Origin: a virus
Taxonomy: Duplodnaviria > Caudoviricetes
Virus record (IMG/VR): IMGVR_UViG_3300037067_012456
Coordinates: 1 to 64,000 of that record
Reading direction: 5' to 3' (one strand)
Length of the DNA: 64,000 nt
The notes under the pieces were generated by a model. The model made no database searches. It was not told the DNA's origin and was given only the letters and a program-made list of their open reading frames with translations. Shown in pieces: positions 16,959 through 26,324 of this stretch. Both the position numbers and the translations under genes were made by a program. Each line of letters begins with the position of its first letter. Position 1 is the first letter of the stretch.

Positions 16959-17681
16959 TTATACTGGTATCAATCCTGTACTAGATATATAATAACCACA
17001 AAATATATTCTCATGAAAGAATTCTTTAGTATCTTCTTTAATACTATTTATCTTTTGATATACAGCATGATAAGATATATCAAGTCTTTTAGCTATGGTT
17101 GAGATAGAATCTGGACCTAAAAAGTAATTTAAACAAACTTCTTTATTTGTTTTACTTTTAGATCGTTCATTTGATTTTTTTCTAATAAATTCAATATATT
17201 CTTTATTTATGATATGACTATCTAGATAATCTTCAACACTCATACTAGAATCTATATTATCTTGGAAGAGATCAGTATTATAAGTAAATGGTGCCATATG
17301 TGAATTATACATCATTTCTTTATTAATCCATTTTATCATATATCTCGGTAACATTTTATGAATATAATATGAAAATTCTGATTTTGTTTCATCATATTTA
17401 TTAACAAGAGATATAAAATTTAAGCATATTTCTTGTTTAACATCTTCAAATTCTGAACTTCCTGATACTTTCTTAAAGAGACTAAAAGCTATAGATGATA
17501 TAAATGGTGTATACAATTCAATTAAAAATTGCATTGCTTTTTCTGTGTCTTTTGATTCTTTATCTCTAGCTTTTTTAACCGCTTGCTTTATTATTGCATA
17601 AAGTTCTTCGGTTTCTTCTAATTTTCTTTTTTTGTGATTTCTACTAATCTTTAATCCTTTGGTATAATTTTCTGAATGCAT
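16959..17681 (-). CDS. phage RNA polymerase sigma factor (sigma70-like)
   Basis: region 2-like FEDVKQE...KYDETKSEFSYY and C-terminal HTH (ISTIAKRLDISYHAV). Confidence 0.8.
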   Translation of the reverse strand: MHSENYTKGLKISRNHKKRKLEETEELYAIIKQAVKKARDKESKDTEKAMQFLIELYTPFISSIAFSLFKKVSGSSEFEDVKQEICLNFISLVNKYDETKSEFSYYIHKMLPRYMIKWINKEMMYNSHMAPFTYNTDLFQDNIDSSMSVEDYLDSHIINKEYIEFIRKKSNERSKSKTNKEVCLNYFLGPDSISTIAKRLDISYHAVYQKINSIKEDTKEFFHENIFCGYYISSTGLIPV

Positions 17682-17708
17682 TATGAAATGCCTTTATATA
17701 TAAAGCCG

Positions 17709-19187
17709 TTATACAACGGTGTCTAAAAGTTCATCCTCCTCCTGTGGAGTAGAATTATATTCTGTTTGTAATTGTTTATAGAATTTTATTCGTTTAATAG
17801 CCATATATTGCAGTAATGCAACTTTATCTCCTTCTTCATTTATGTAATATGCTAAATTATCACATACATCATGAATAACTGGAAGTTTCTTACCTTTAAG
17901 TCTTCTTCTTATTCTTCCTAATTGTTGTTTTACTTTAGGTAAATTTGAAGTTGGGCAAGTTGGTATTAATGAAGATAATCTTGGTAAATCAAGAGCTTCA
18001 CTAGCTATTTTGGTATTTGCTACAATACATTGAATAGAATCATCAGCCTGAATTTCTTCCCATTTTGTTTTTTTACGTGTATCCCCAATTAATAAAACAG
18101 ATTTATACCCTAATGAAACTAAATGTTCATGTAGATTCTTATTATGTTCTACTCTATCACTTAAGATTAATGGGAAATAACCAGCTCTTATATCATCTAC
18201 TGCTTTTTCTATTATTAAATTATTCCTTTTAGTATCCTTTGTTATATACTCAATACATCCCGTTATATCCAATACATTCTCACGTTTTTTTCCTGTACAT
18301 CTTCTAATTGTAGGTATTTCAAAAGGTATGTTAGTATTAATAACATCAAATTGAAAATTAGTTATCCTGTTTTTTGCATTTTCTGCTTCTATCCCTAATA
18401 GTTTTTCCCCTAATACATCATAAATTAAAATATGTTTCCCATCTGATCTTTTTATTGTTCCAGTAACTCCAGCTCTATATTTTGATGCATTATTATTAAC
18501 AAAATTTAAAAAAGTATCTGCCGGGACATGATGGCATTCATCAATAATTAACATTCCAAATTTATTAAAATAATCTGGATCATTCTTATACATAATATCA
18601 GCACTATCTATTATTGCAATAACAATATCACCATCTTTCTTAATATCACCATTTAATTCTCCTAAAGTATAATTTCCTATTAAACGATCATTAAACTCTT
18701 TTTTCCATTGATTACTTAATCTAAATTCATGTACTAAGATAAGTGTTGGTTGCTTTATTTTAGAAATCAATCCAAGTACTGATATTGTTTTACCAATACC
18801 AGGTGCAGCTTCTATTAAACCACCATCATTTTTAACTAATGTATTAATTATATCATTTTGATTATTTTCTAATACAGTAGTATTTATTAATGAACAATCT
18901 ATTTGTTTATGTTCAATACGTCTATCTATAATAGAAAGATTAATTTTATGTCTAGTACAAAATTCCAATACTTTAGACAATCCACCACGAGGAAGAATAA
19001 GCATATTATTCCCAAGTTTCTGTTCTATTCTATAATGGTATAGAATAGGATTTATATTCTTAACAGATACTTTGAGTCTTTTATTCTTAGCATATTCAGG
19101 ATTTTTATATGTAAAACCCTGACATAATTCTTTAAGATTCGGACCCAGTTCTTGAGTATTGATGTATAGTTTGTCTTTTATTATCAT
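17709..19187 (-). CDS. SF2 DEAD/DEAH-box helicase
   Basis: AAPGIGKT, DECHH, TGT, QQLGRIRR. Confidence 0.9.
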   Translation of the reverse strand: MIIKDKLYINTQELGPNLKELCQGFTYKNPEYAKNKRLKVSVKNINPILYHYRIEQKLGNNMLILPRGGLSKVLEFCTRHKINLSIIDRRIEHKQIDCSLINTTVLENNQNDIINTLVKNDGGLIEAAPGIGKTISVLGLISKIKQPTLILVHEFRLSNQWKKEFNDRLIGNYTLGELNGDIKKDGDIVIAIIDSADIMYKNDPDYFNKFGMLIIDECHHVPADTFLNFVNNNASKYRAGVTGTIKRSDGKHILIYDVLGEKLLGIEAENAKNRITNFQFDVINTNIPFEIPTIRRCTGKKRENVLDITGCIEYITKDTKRNNLIIEKAVDDIRAGYFPLILSDRVEHNKNLHEHLVSLGYKSVLLIGDTRKKTKWEEIQADDSIQCIVANTKIASEALDLPRLSSLIPTCPTSNLPKVKQQLGRIRRRLKGKKLPVIHDVCDNLAYYINEEGDKVALLQYMAIKRIKFYKQLQTEYNSTPQEEDELLDTVV

Positions 19188-19359
19188 CTGTTTTATTTGT
19201 ATTTTGTAATGATTCTTTTAAATAAATTAAAGCTTTTATTATCATACTTCCAAGAGATAGACTTTCACCATATCTTTTATACCATAATTCTTTTATTTCT
19301 ATTTTTAATGAAGTAAAAGTTGCATCAGATTTATTAGGTATATATAAAGTTACTCGCAT
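19132..19359 (-). CDS. small putative DNA-binding (RHH-like) protein downstream of tubulin
   Basis: beta-strand MRVTLYI followed by two helices. Confidence 0.4.
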   Translation of the reverse strand: MRVTLYIPNKSDATFTSLKIEIKELWYKRYGESLSLGSMIIKALIYLKESLQNTNKTDDNKRQTIHQYSRTGSES

Positions 19360-19360
19360 A

Positions 19361-20431
19361 TTAATCTACCAAAATTCCATCAACATCTGAAAAATCCATT
19401 GCTTCTACTTTAGTTTTCTTTTGAGCATGTCTAACAGCATCTCTTTTTAAATTATTAATTCTAGATCTAATAATTCTTTTTGGTAGTTTCAATCCAGAGT
19501 TAATAATAGAAACTCGTACAGAATTAGCTAAAAGAGGATCAACAAACATTCCCAATCTTGATATAGAACTTCCACAAACATTCTTTGTTATATCAAATAC
19601 TTTTGAAGCAAAATCAGTATAAGATCCACCTTTAGGAACATCTATATTAACAAGATAAGCAAGAGTATCTTTATAATTAAATCCTTCCATAAGACTAGGA
19701 GTAAACAATCTATCTCTTATTTCTTCATCATCCATTTCTGTAGTTTCTTGTACATTAAAATAGATATCTCGTATATCTGTTAAACCTTTACCATATTCAA
19801 GAATACGCAATATTTCAGCATGGTCAATAGAACCTACACCACTTTGACTCACTTTACCTTCTCTAATAAGATTGAAAACAGATATTAAACGAACTACTAT
19901 AAATTCATTAATTTCTTTCCACCATTCATCACTAAATCCAATCTTTTTTCTAAGGTGTTCATTATCTGCTAATATAAACATATTAACATCATATGTCTTA
20001 AGATTTCTGAGAGTTTTCATGGCATTATCCATTGAAAGCATACCCTGAAATTTAGGAGGTAATGTTAAAATAAGACCAATTTTATGGCCTTGTTCTTTAG
20101 CTATTTCAATAGCTGGAATAATAGAACTTCCACCAGTTCCACCACCCAAACCAGCTATAAATACCTGCATCTTTCCTCTTTCCATTTTACTTATTAGAAA
20201 ATCTTTAAATGCAGTTCCATTTGTATCAATAATTTCCTTTCCTCGTTCTGGTTTTCCTCCAGATCCTTCTCCAGATAGCAATAATAGATCTTGTTCTCCT
20301 ATTCCAGATCCACGAAAATCTACTATGTCACTATTATAATAAGAAACCGAATATCCCAAACGAGCAAATTCCAATCCCAAACGAGATCCACATTGCCCAA
20401 ATCCAAAAAACTTTACACTATCTTTTAACAT
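19361..20431 (-). CDS. tubulin/FtsZ-family GTPase (TubZ/PhuZ-like)
   Basis: GFGQCG, GEGSGG, signature GLGGGTGGS, DN, and T7-like IDHAE. Confidence 0.9.
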   Translation of the reverse strand: MLKDSVKFFGFGQCGSRLGLEFARLGYSVSYYNSDIVDFRGSGIGEQDLLLLSGEGSGGKPERGKEIIDTNGTAFKDFLISKMERGKMQVFIAGLGGGTGGSSIIPAIEIAKEQGHKIGLILTLPPKFQGMLSMDNAMKTLRNLKTYDVNMFILADNEHLRKKIGFSDEWWKEINEFIVVRLISVFNLIREGKVSQSGVGSIDHAEILRILEYGKGLTDIRDIYFNVQETTEMDDEEIRDRLFTPSLMEGFNYKDTLAYLVNIDVPKGGSYTDFASKVFDITKNVCGSSISRLGMFVDPLLANSVRVSIINSGLKLPKRIIRSRINNLKRDAVRHAQKKTKVEAMDFSDVDGILVD

Positions 20432-20848
20432 AAATATCCTCTTATTTGTTCTTATTTGTTAATAATACTGTAAGTAAATAATTAGTTGTAAATTGACTAC
20501 AAGTAATTCTTACTTTACAATTATTACATTTTATTATATGATCTACATATTTTTTTACTAAATTATTTTTATGTTCTTCTATTTTATCTTTTCCTTCTAT
20601 AGTTAAAACATATTTATTATTAAATATTTCTGTTTCTCCCAATAATTCCTTTAAATCTATATCTGTTCTTTGACTCTCTGGAACTTCATATTTAATTTTA
20701 ATAAAATCTTCTGCTTCACCGGATAAATAATTACTTAATAATGTAGGAGATTGATAACCAAAACAACCTGGAAGTTGATTAGATTCCAATTTTAAAGAAA
20801 TTGCTTCTTCTATTGTTTCACCAACCGCATTTATATTCATATTAATTT

Positions 20849-21016
20849 TCATTTCCCTTGTCTTCTTTTTTCATTTTCTATATAAAGATCTTTTTTATCA
20901 TAATGAACATCCATTATTCTTCTTATTAACTCAGATTTTGTAATTCCAAGTTCACCAGATTCCATTGATAAATTATAATCTATTTTTTCTGTTAGATATA
21001 TTTGTGTTCGTTTCAT
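20849..21016 (-). CDS. CopG/RHH DNA-binding protein (55 aa)
   Basis: MKRTQIYL...LGITKSELIRRIMD; read manually. Confidence 0.7.
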   Translation of the reverse strand: MKRTQIYLTEKIDYNLSMESGELGITKSELIRRIMDVHYDKKDLYIENEKRRQGK

Positions 21017-21031
21017 ATGTATTTATCCAAA

Positions 21032-21244
21032 TTAAGAAATCTTTTTAAATCTAAATTTCTTTCTTATATTAGTACTAAAGAAATTACCTATAGAGGGTGC
21101 TTTTAACAAATCAATATAATATTCTTCAGGAACTTCTTGAAATTCATATATTGATCCAGATTTAAAAGCTATAATTAATGTTTGTGATTTTTTGTCATAA
21201 CCAACTTTTGATAAGTTAGATGATCTTACGCTTTGTAATTCCAT
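21032..21244 (-). CDS. KTSC domain protein
   Basis: VRSSNL..VGYD...L.I.FKSG..Y....VP...Y..LL.APS.G.FF...IR. Confidence 0.9.
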   Translation of the reverse strand: MELQSVRSSNLSKVGYDKKSQTLIIAFKSGSIYEFQEVPEEYYIDLLKAPSIGNFFSTNIRKKFRFKKIS

Positions 21245-23306
21245 GTTTTTTCTCCAGTATATATTGTACTATTGGTATTTCTTTATATGTCGATTCTAAT
21301 ATTTCTTCTAAAGAACACATTGCTGCATCTTTTTTATTAAAAGGTAATTTACATACAAATAAATTTTTTGTATGATGTATTAATTGATATACTGATGTAA
21401 CTAATTTATCTCCTTGTTCATCATTATCTGGTACAACAACAATCTTTTTATATTGTTTTAATATTTTTAATTGTTCAGGGAGTAAATTATTTGATAAAGC
21501 TGCAACACATTGATTTCGTGTTCTTTGTACAAATATTGAATCAAAAATACCTTCTGTTATATATAAAGGTTTTTCAAAATCATTCATTTGATCAATACCA
21601 AATAATATATCTTGTCTAGAATAAGGACCATACATTTTACCAGAACCAAAAGAATTTCTTAAAAAGTAATTTCTTAATATATTATTTTGATAAATTGGTA
21701 TTATAATCCAACCCATATTTCTACCAGATTCAATTATTCCCATATTCCATTTTTGTATTTCTTCTTGAGTTAATCCTCTTTCTTTTTCTAAAAAATAATT
21801 AAATGATTTAATTAATTTATGGGGAGGTAATTCAATTTCAATAGAAGAATTTATAGAAACATCGTTTCCTCTTAATTTAATAAAATCTTCTAAAAAATTA
21901 TATCTTTCTTCTACTGTATCTCCACCAACAAGAAATTTCTTTAAATATGGTTTTATTGCATTACTTGCGAATCCAGATTTACTTAATAAAGTAAAAATAT
22001 TTCCAGAAAAATGACAATTATGCACAGAAAAACCATAAATTAAATATGAAGAATCTTTTTCAATTTCTAAATCATAAACTTTTGTATTTGTTGTTATTGT
22101 TTCTTTTTTATCTAATACACGAAATAAAACTTTGTCCTCTAATATAATTGTATTAGATATTTTATTATTATTAGCTTGCCAAGCAATTTCATAATAATCT
22201 TTATGATTTACACCAGTTTTTCCTGTATATCCTTTTCTATAACACAAAGATGGACAATAATTTAAATTAATTAATAATAATCTAATTTGATAAGCCAATG
22301 TTTCAGAAATAGTAGTTATTTTGTGTCTATTAGAACTATTTACTACATTTCCATCTCCTGCATAATATCCATCTAATAATGATTGTAATATTTCCTTGTT
22401 ATAACTTAGAAAATTATAAGGTAGATGCTTATTAACAGCTGTATGACCACAAATATCTCGTAGCCACCTTCCTATAATTACATTTGGAATTAATACAGAT
22501 TGTTGATTATTTTTATTATAATTATATATTTTACAATCTATATTAAATATGTTTCTTACATATTTAATTATTAAATTTGGAATATGTTTTTTAGTAGTAG
22601 AATTAATATTATATAAACATCCTCGTAAATAACTACCTTCAGCTACATATAAACCAATTAACCAAGCCAATTCTTTAGTTAATTGTATTTCATTTGGAAT
22701 TGTTTTTGGTGTTTTACCTCTTTTTTTTATATATTTATCAATATCTATCTTAATTTCTTCTTGAACTTCATTTAACTTTATTTTTGGAATATATACCCAA
22801 TCACCAATTTTTATATTCTCAGCACAAACTTCTTCTGGAACAGAATTTTTTATTAAAATTCTTTGTGTTTTAAAAGATCTTTCATCAACTCCTTTTTTAT
22901 ATCTTCCAGAAAAAATATCTTTATCTCGTATTATAAAAAATTTATGTTCAGGAGTACATGTAAAAGGAATATTTAATTTTGATATATTAAATGTTAATAA
23001 TTTTCCTTTATATTCCTTTTCTAATGTTCCTGTAACTAAATTAAAATTACCAGTATGCGATAAAACAAAATCTCCAATATTAATATCTTTTATTTTTTTA
23101 ATAGAAGTATTGGTAATTATTTTAGTGTCTTCTAAAAAACAACCAAAACAATAAATTTGTCCAGTATCCTTATGTATAGACATAGAAGGATGTGTTTCAT
23201 GATGATGTGGATTTAGACATTTTATACGATAATTATTTGGACCAGCATTTTTATATTCTATGCCCAAATCATTTAAAATATCTATAACTTTAAATCCCAG
23301 TTGCAT
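21216..23306 (-). CDS. DNA primase (CHC2 zinc finger + TOPRIM), intein-containing
   Basis: CLNPHH...CFG|CH; TEGIFD; PDND; KKD. Confidence 0.9.
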   Translation of the reverse strand: MQLGFKVIDILNDLGIEYKNAGPNNYRIKCLNPHHHETHPSMSIHKDTGQIYCFGCFLEDTKIITNTSIKKIKDINIGDFVLSHTGNFNLVTGTLEKEYKGKLLTFNISKLNIPFTCTPEHKFFIIRDKDIFSGRYKKGVDERSFKTQRILIKNSVPEEVCAENIKIGDWVYIPKIKLNEVQEEIKIDIDKYIKKRGKTPKTIPNEIQLTKELAWLIGLYVAEGSYLRGCLYNINSTTKKHIPNLIIKYVRNIFNIDCKIYNYNKNNQQSVLIPNVIIGRWLRDICGHTAVNKHLPYNFLSYNKEILQSLLDGYYAGDGNVVNSSNRHKITTISETLAYQIRLLLINLNYCPSLCYRKGYTGKTGVNHKDYYEIAWQANNNKISNTIILEDKVLFRVLDKKETITTNTKVYDLEIEKDSSYLIYGFSVHNCHFSGNIFTLLSKSGFASNAIKPYLKKFLVGGDTVEERYNFLEDFIKLRGNDVSINSSIEIELPPHKLIKSFNYFLEKERGLTQEEIQKWNMGIIESGRNMGWIIIPIYQNNILRNYFLRNSFGSGKMYGPYSRQDILFGIDQMNDFEKPLYITEGIFDSIFVQRTRNQCVAALSNNLLPEQLKILKQYKKIVVVPDNDEQGDKLVTSVYQLIHHTKNLFVCKLPFNKKDAAMCSLEEILESTYKEIPIVQYILEKKHGITKRKII
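22017..23141 (-). mobile_element. intein with LAGLIDADG endonuclease in the primase zinc finger
   Basis: starts CFLEDT, ends SVHN before Cys; IGLYVAEG and LDGYYAGDG blocks. Confidence 0.92.
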
Positions 23307-23515
23307 ATTTTTTAATAAATCCTAATTCAATTAAAGTATTTAATTGTTCTTGAGATGTAATTACAGTAATATTATTTTTAATCATCCATGCTTCTACTTG
23401 AGCAAATAATTTAGGAGTTAAGTAATATCCAGTTTCTTTTTTTAATACACGATCTGAATCATGATAATCTATATTAATTTTTAATTCTGGACAATTTATA
23501 GAACAAATATACATA

Positions 23516-24214
23516 TTATTTCATTAACATGGTACTAATAGAACCACGTAACTCCATTTCAATATTATTACGAGATAATACAATAGCTGATTGTATATAA
23601 GATTTTGATATTTCTCTGATAGGAACATTAGAAGTACAAATAAATATCTTTCCTTGACTGATTTGATTATCTAACCAATTAAAAATATTAATAATTGAGT
23701 ATTCTTTAGCTGTGCTTCTGGTAACATCAAAAGCATCATCTAATATAAATACCTTATATGTATTTAAATTATCAAAAAATTCTTTTTTTGCATCAAAATT
23801 TGTACATGCTTCTATTAAAGCATTCATTTTTATAAATCTAACTTTAATATCATTTTTAAGAAAAGATGTACCTAGAATAGTGGCTAATGTAGTATGACAA
23901 GCATTTGATTCGTTTCCCCAAATCCATAAAACTTGTTTTTTACTCTCTAGTAATAATTTAGGATCTTTTATAAAAGAAATTAATAATTTAATATTACGTT
24001 CATTAAAAGCAATAGATTCTGGATTAAAAGGAAGTTTGAGATAATGATCTATATCATAATCCCAAAATATTGGAGGAATATGAGCATCAATAAGTTTATT
24101 TTTTAGAGTTATTTCAGCATCCCTTTTACTTCTACAAACACAAGGAATAGCTATCATCTCTCCATCTTTTTCTTGGAAAGTAAATGTTGTATCGTGACAA
24201 ATAGGACAAGCCAT
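23516..24214 (-). CDS. DnaC/IstB-like helicase loader, degenerate P-loop
   Basis: N-terminal CPIC...PCVC, Walker B ILDD, ICTSN; Walker A region reads WGNESNACHTT. Confidence 0.7.
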   Translation of the reverse strand: MACPICHDTTFTFQEKDGEMIAIPCVCRSKRDAEITLKNKLIDAHIPPIFWDYDIDHYLKLPFNPESIAFNERNIKLLISFIKDPKLLLESKKQVLWIWGNESNACHTTLATILGTSFLKNDIKVRFIKMNALIEACTNFDAKKEFFDNLNTYKVFILDDAFDVTRSTAKEYSIINIFNWLDNQISQGKIFICTSNVPIREISKSYIQSAIVLSRNNIEMELRGSISTMLMK

Positions 24215-24244
24215 GTATATATCCTTTTATTAATTATTAAATCA

Positions 24245-24273
24245 AATATACATTACCTATACATCTTTGTCAA
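24245..24273 (-). promoter_or_regulatory. sigma70-type promoter of the loader-primase operon
   Basis: TTGACA-17-TATATT. Confidence 0.7.
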
Positions 24274-24286
24274 TAAAAAAATCATA

Positions 24287-24805
24287 TTAAACGGAAATTA
24301 ATAATTCTAATTTTCTCTCGTGAAGCATTAATTCTAGGAAATCCTTATAATACATTAATATATACGTTTTGTCGAAATGTTCATAATTTAATGTTATAAA
24401 CATTCTTACATTCGATCCATATAAAGCATATAAAGATTCATCGTCAAATCTTTTACTTTTACCAGTAATATTAACGAAAGAAGGACTGTTTTTAAAATAA
24501 TCTTGTGGTAATAGAGGAAAGACATCTTGAATCCTCATAACTACATAATCTCTTTGTGTTTTAATAAATCCAAATCTTAAAACTGGTATTTTATTTACTT
24601 GTTTTGCTTCTTTTTCTATTTTATTTAAAATATCAATATTAATAGAATAGTATAGATTATGGGTAAATTTATCTTCATATTGATAATAGATATCTGAAGC
24701 ATCTGATTTTTTAAACCAAAACCCACCTGATCGAGCGTGGGCTTTTCCATTTACATCTTTTGCTAATTTCTTTTCTCTTTTTTTAGATATAATTTTATTG
24801 TTCAT
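24287..24805 (-). CDS. PD-(D/E)xK nuclease, Holliday-junction-resolvase-like
   Basis: REKKLAK...SGG...SD...EDK. Confidence 0.6.
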   Translation of the reverse strand: MNNKIISKKREKKLAKDVNGKAHARSGGFWFKKSDASDIYYQYEDKFTHNLYYSINIDILNKIEKEAKQVNKIPVLRFGFIKTQRDYVVMRIQDVFPLLPQDYFKNSPSFVNITGKSKRFDDESLYALYGSNVRMFITLNYEHFDKTYILMYYKDFLELMLHERKLELLISV

Positions 24806-25728
24806 TTTATACCTGTTTTAATTGGATGTCTTAATAAATATTTTTTTATCTCAAATAAATATTCTTTTTCTGTTAATCTCTTTAAATTATTTAAATTTAA
24901 TTGTTTTTTTAGATCATCAGAATTTATTATTTGTTTCTCTTTTAGTTTCTCAAGAAGATTTTCAGATCTTCCTCTATTAATAACAATATCTAAATCTGAA
25001 AGAGCAACATGATTTTCAGATATATTTTTTATATACCAAGTAAAATCATCGTTTTTATTTAAAAAAACTGATTCTTTTCTTTTATTTACTCCAACTTTTT
25101 TATTTAATTCTTTCTTTCTTTTTTTAGCTGCTTTTATAATTTCAGGATATTGATTCAATATATCACTCCCAAATATATAATTAAAATCAGTTTTTTCTAA
25201 TTTTTCATTTTCCATCCACTCAATAAATTCAGTAGAAGACCAAGACAAATGACTGTATTTAGTATCTTCAGATAAACGTACTTTTTCTATTTTATCTAAT
25301 AAAGATGTGCTAATTTGTAATTTAATTATATATTTTTCTTGAGAACAATCAAAAAAGAATCTATTACTATCTGGAATCCTTTCTAAAATACCTTTTAATA
25401 AACATTCTTTATTATAAGTGCAACTTGGAAATAATTCTTTTTTTGTTATTGCACATGCTACACAATTACTTTTAAAATTATCAGCAATAGTACCAGAAAG
25501 TTTATTTTGTTCAACAAACTTAAATAAAACTACAAAATCATGTAATATATAATCTAATCGTTGTTCTAAATTATGCTTTTCCCAATCTAATACACTTTTT
25601 TTTACCTGTGTATCTTGTAGAATCTTATTCCTTTCATTCAATTTAATAGTTAAATCATCATAAGATAAAGTATCTTCTGTATATCCACGTAACCAATTGT
25701 TTTTAATAAGTTTTTTAATTAGATTCAT
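24802..25728 (-). CDS. hypothetical protein
   Basis: 308-aa ORF overlapping both neighbours. Confidence 0.6.
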   Translation of the reverse strand: MNLIKKLIKNNWLRGYTEDTLSYDDLTIKLNERNKILQDTQVKKSVLDWEKHNLEQRLDYILHDFVVLFKFVEQNKLSGTIADNFKSNCVACAITKKELFPSCTYNKECLLKGILERIPDSNRFFFDCSQEKYIIKLQISTSLLDKIEKVRLSEDTKYSHLSWSSTEFIEWMENEKLEKTDFNYIFGSDILNQYPEIIKAAKKRKKELNKKVGVNKRKESVFLNKNDDFTWYIKNISENHVALSDLDIVINRGRSENLLEKLKEKQIINSDDLKKQLNLNNLKRLTEKEYLFEIKKYLLRHPIKTGIK

Positions 25729-26324
25729 AGTCTTTTCTCCTTTAACAATCTTTTCTTACATCGTTTAGATGCATCTTTAACAGTATATAATGGTATATTT
25801 AATAATTGAGATATTTCTTTTTGATTTTTACCTAATTTTTTTAATTTTTCTATTTCAATATCAAGTTTTTTTGTTTCTTCTGGTTTTAGATAAATTTTTC
25901 CTATTTTCAATCTGGTTATTATACATCTAACCAATACTTCTGTTATCTCTAATTTATTAGATATTTCTTTATTAGACAATCCCTGTTTTTTTAATACAGA
26001 AACAGGAATTTCATTTGATTTACCTAAAATTGCTTTTTTTGTACTTCTTGATTGATCACTTTTTGTTACCCATTTACAATTTTCTGGAGTATAATTTTTT
26101 GTTGGATCTATTCTATCTAATGAATATTTTTCTTTCCATCCATTATTTATAGCCCAATCAAAAAAATTAATATAATTATCTTTCCAATGAAAACAAACTA
26201 TAATGCCTTTAGCACCCCAATGTTTATAATCAGGATGACTTTTTTTATAACAACGCCTCATCATAGCATAATAATTTTGATAAAGTGGATGATGAGTATC
26301 TTTTCCTATTGGATATTTTCTCAT
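25725..26324 (-). CDS. HNH homing endonuclease with C-terminal HTH
   Basis: MMRRCY...YKHWGAKGI.VC..W...SLDRID...YTPENCKW. Confidence 0.85.
   Translation of the reverse strand: MRKYPIGKDTHHPLYQNYYAMMRRCYKKSHPDYKHWGAKGIIVCFHWKDNYINFFDWAINNGWKEKYSLDRIDPTKNYTPENCKWVTKSDQSRSTKKAILGKSNEIPVSVLKKQGLSNKEISNKLEITEVLVRCIITRLKIGKIYLKPEETKKLDIEIEKLKKLGKNQKEISQLLNIPLYTVKDASKRCKKRLLKEKRL

Noticed and set aside
19361-20431. Evidence for a nucleus-forming phage
   Set aside because: A tubulin alone is insufficient; no chimallin or multisubunit RNA polymerase is recognisable here, and promoters are host sigma70-type.
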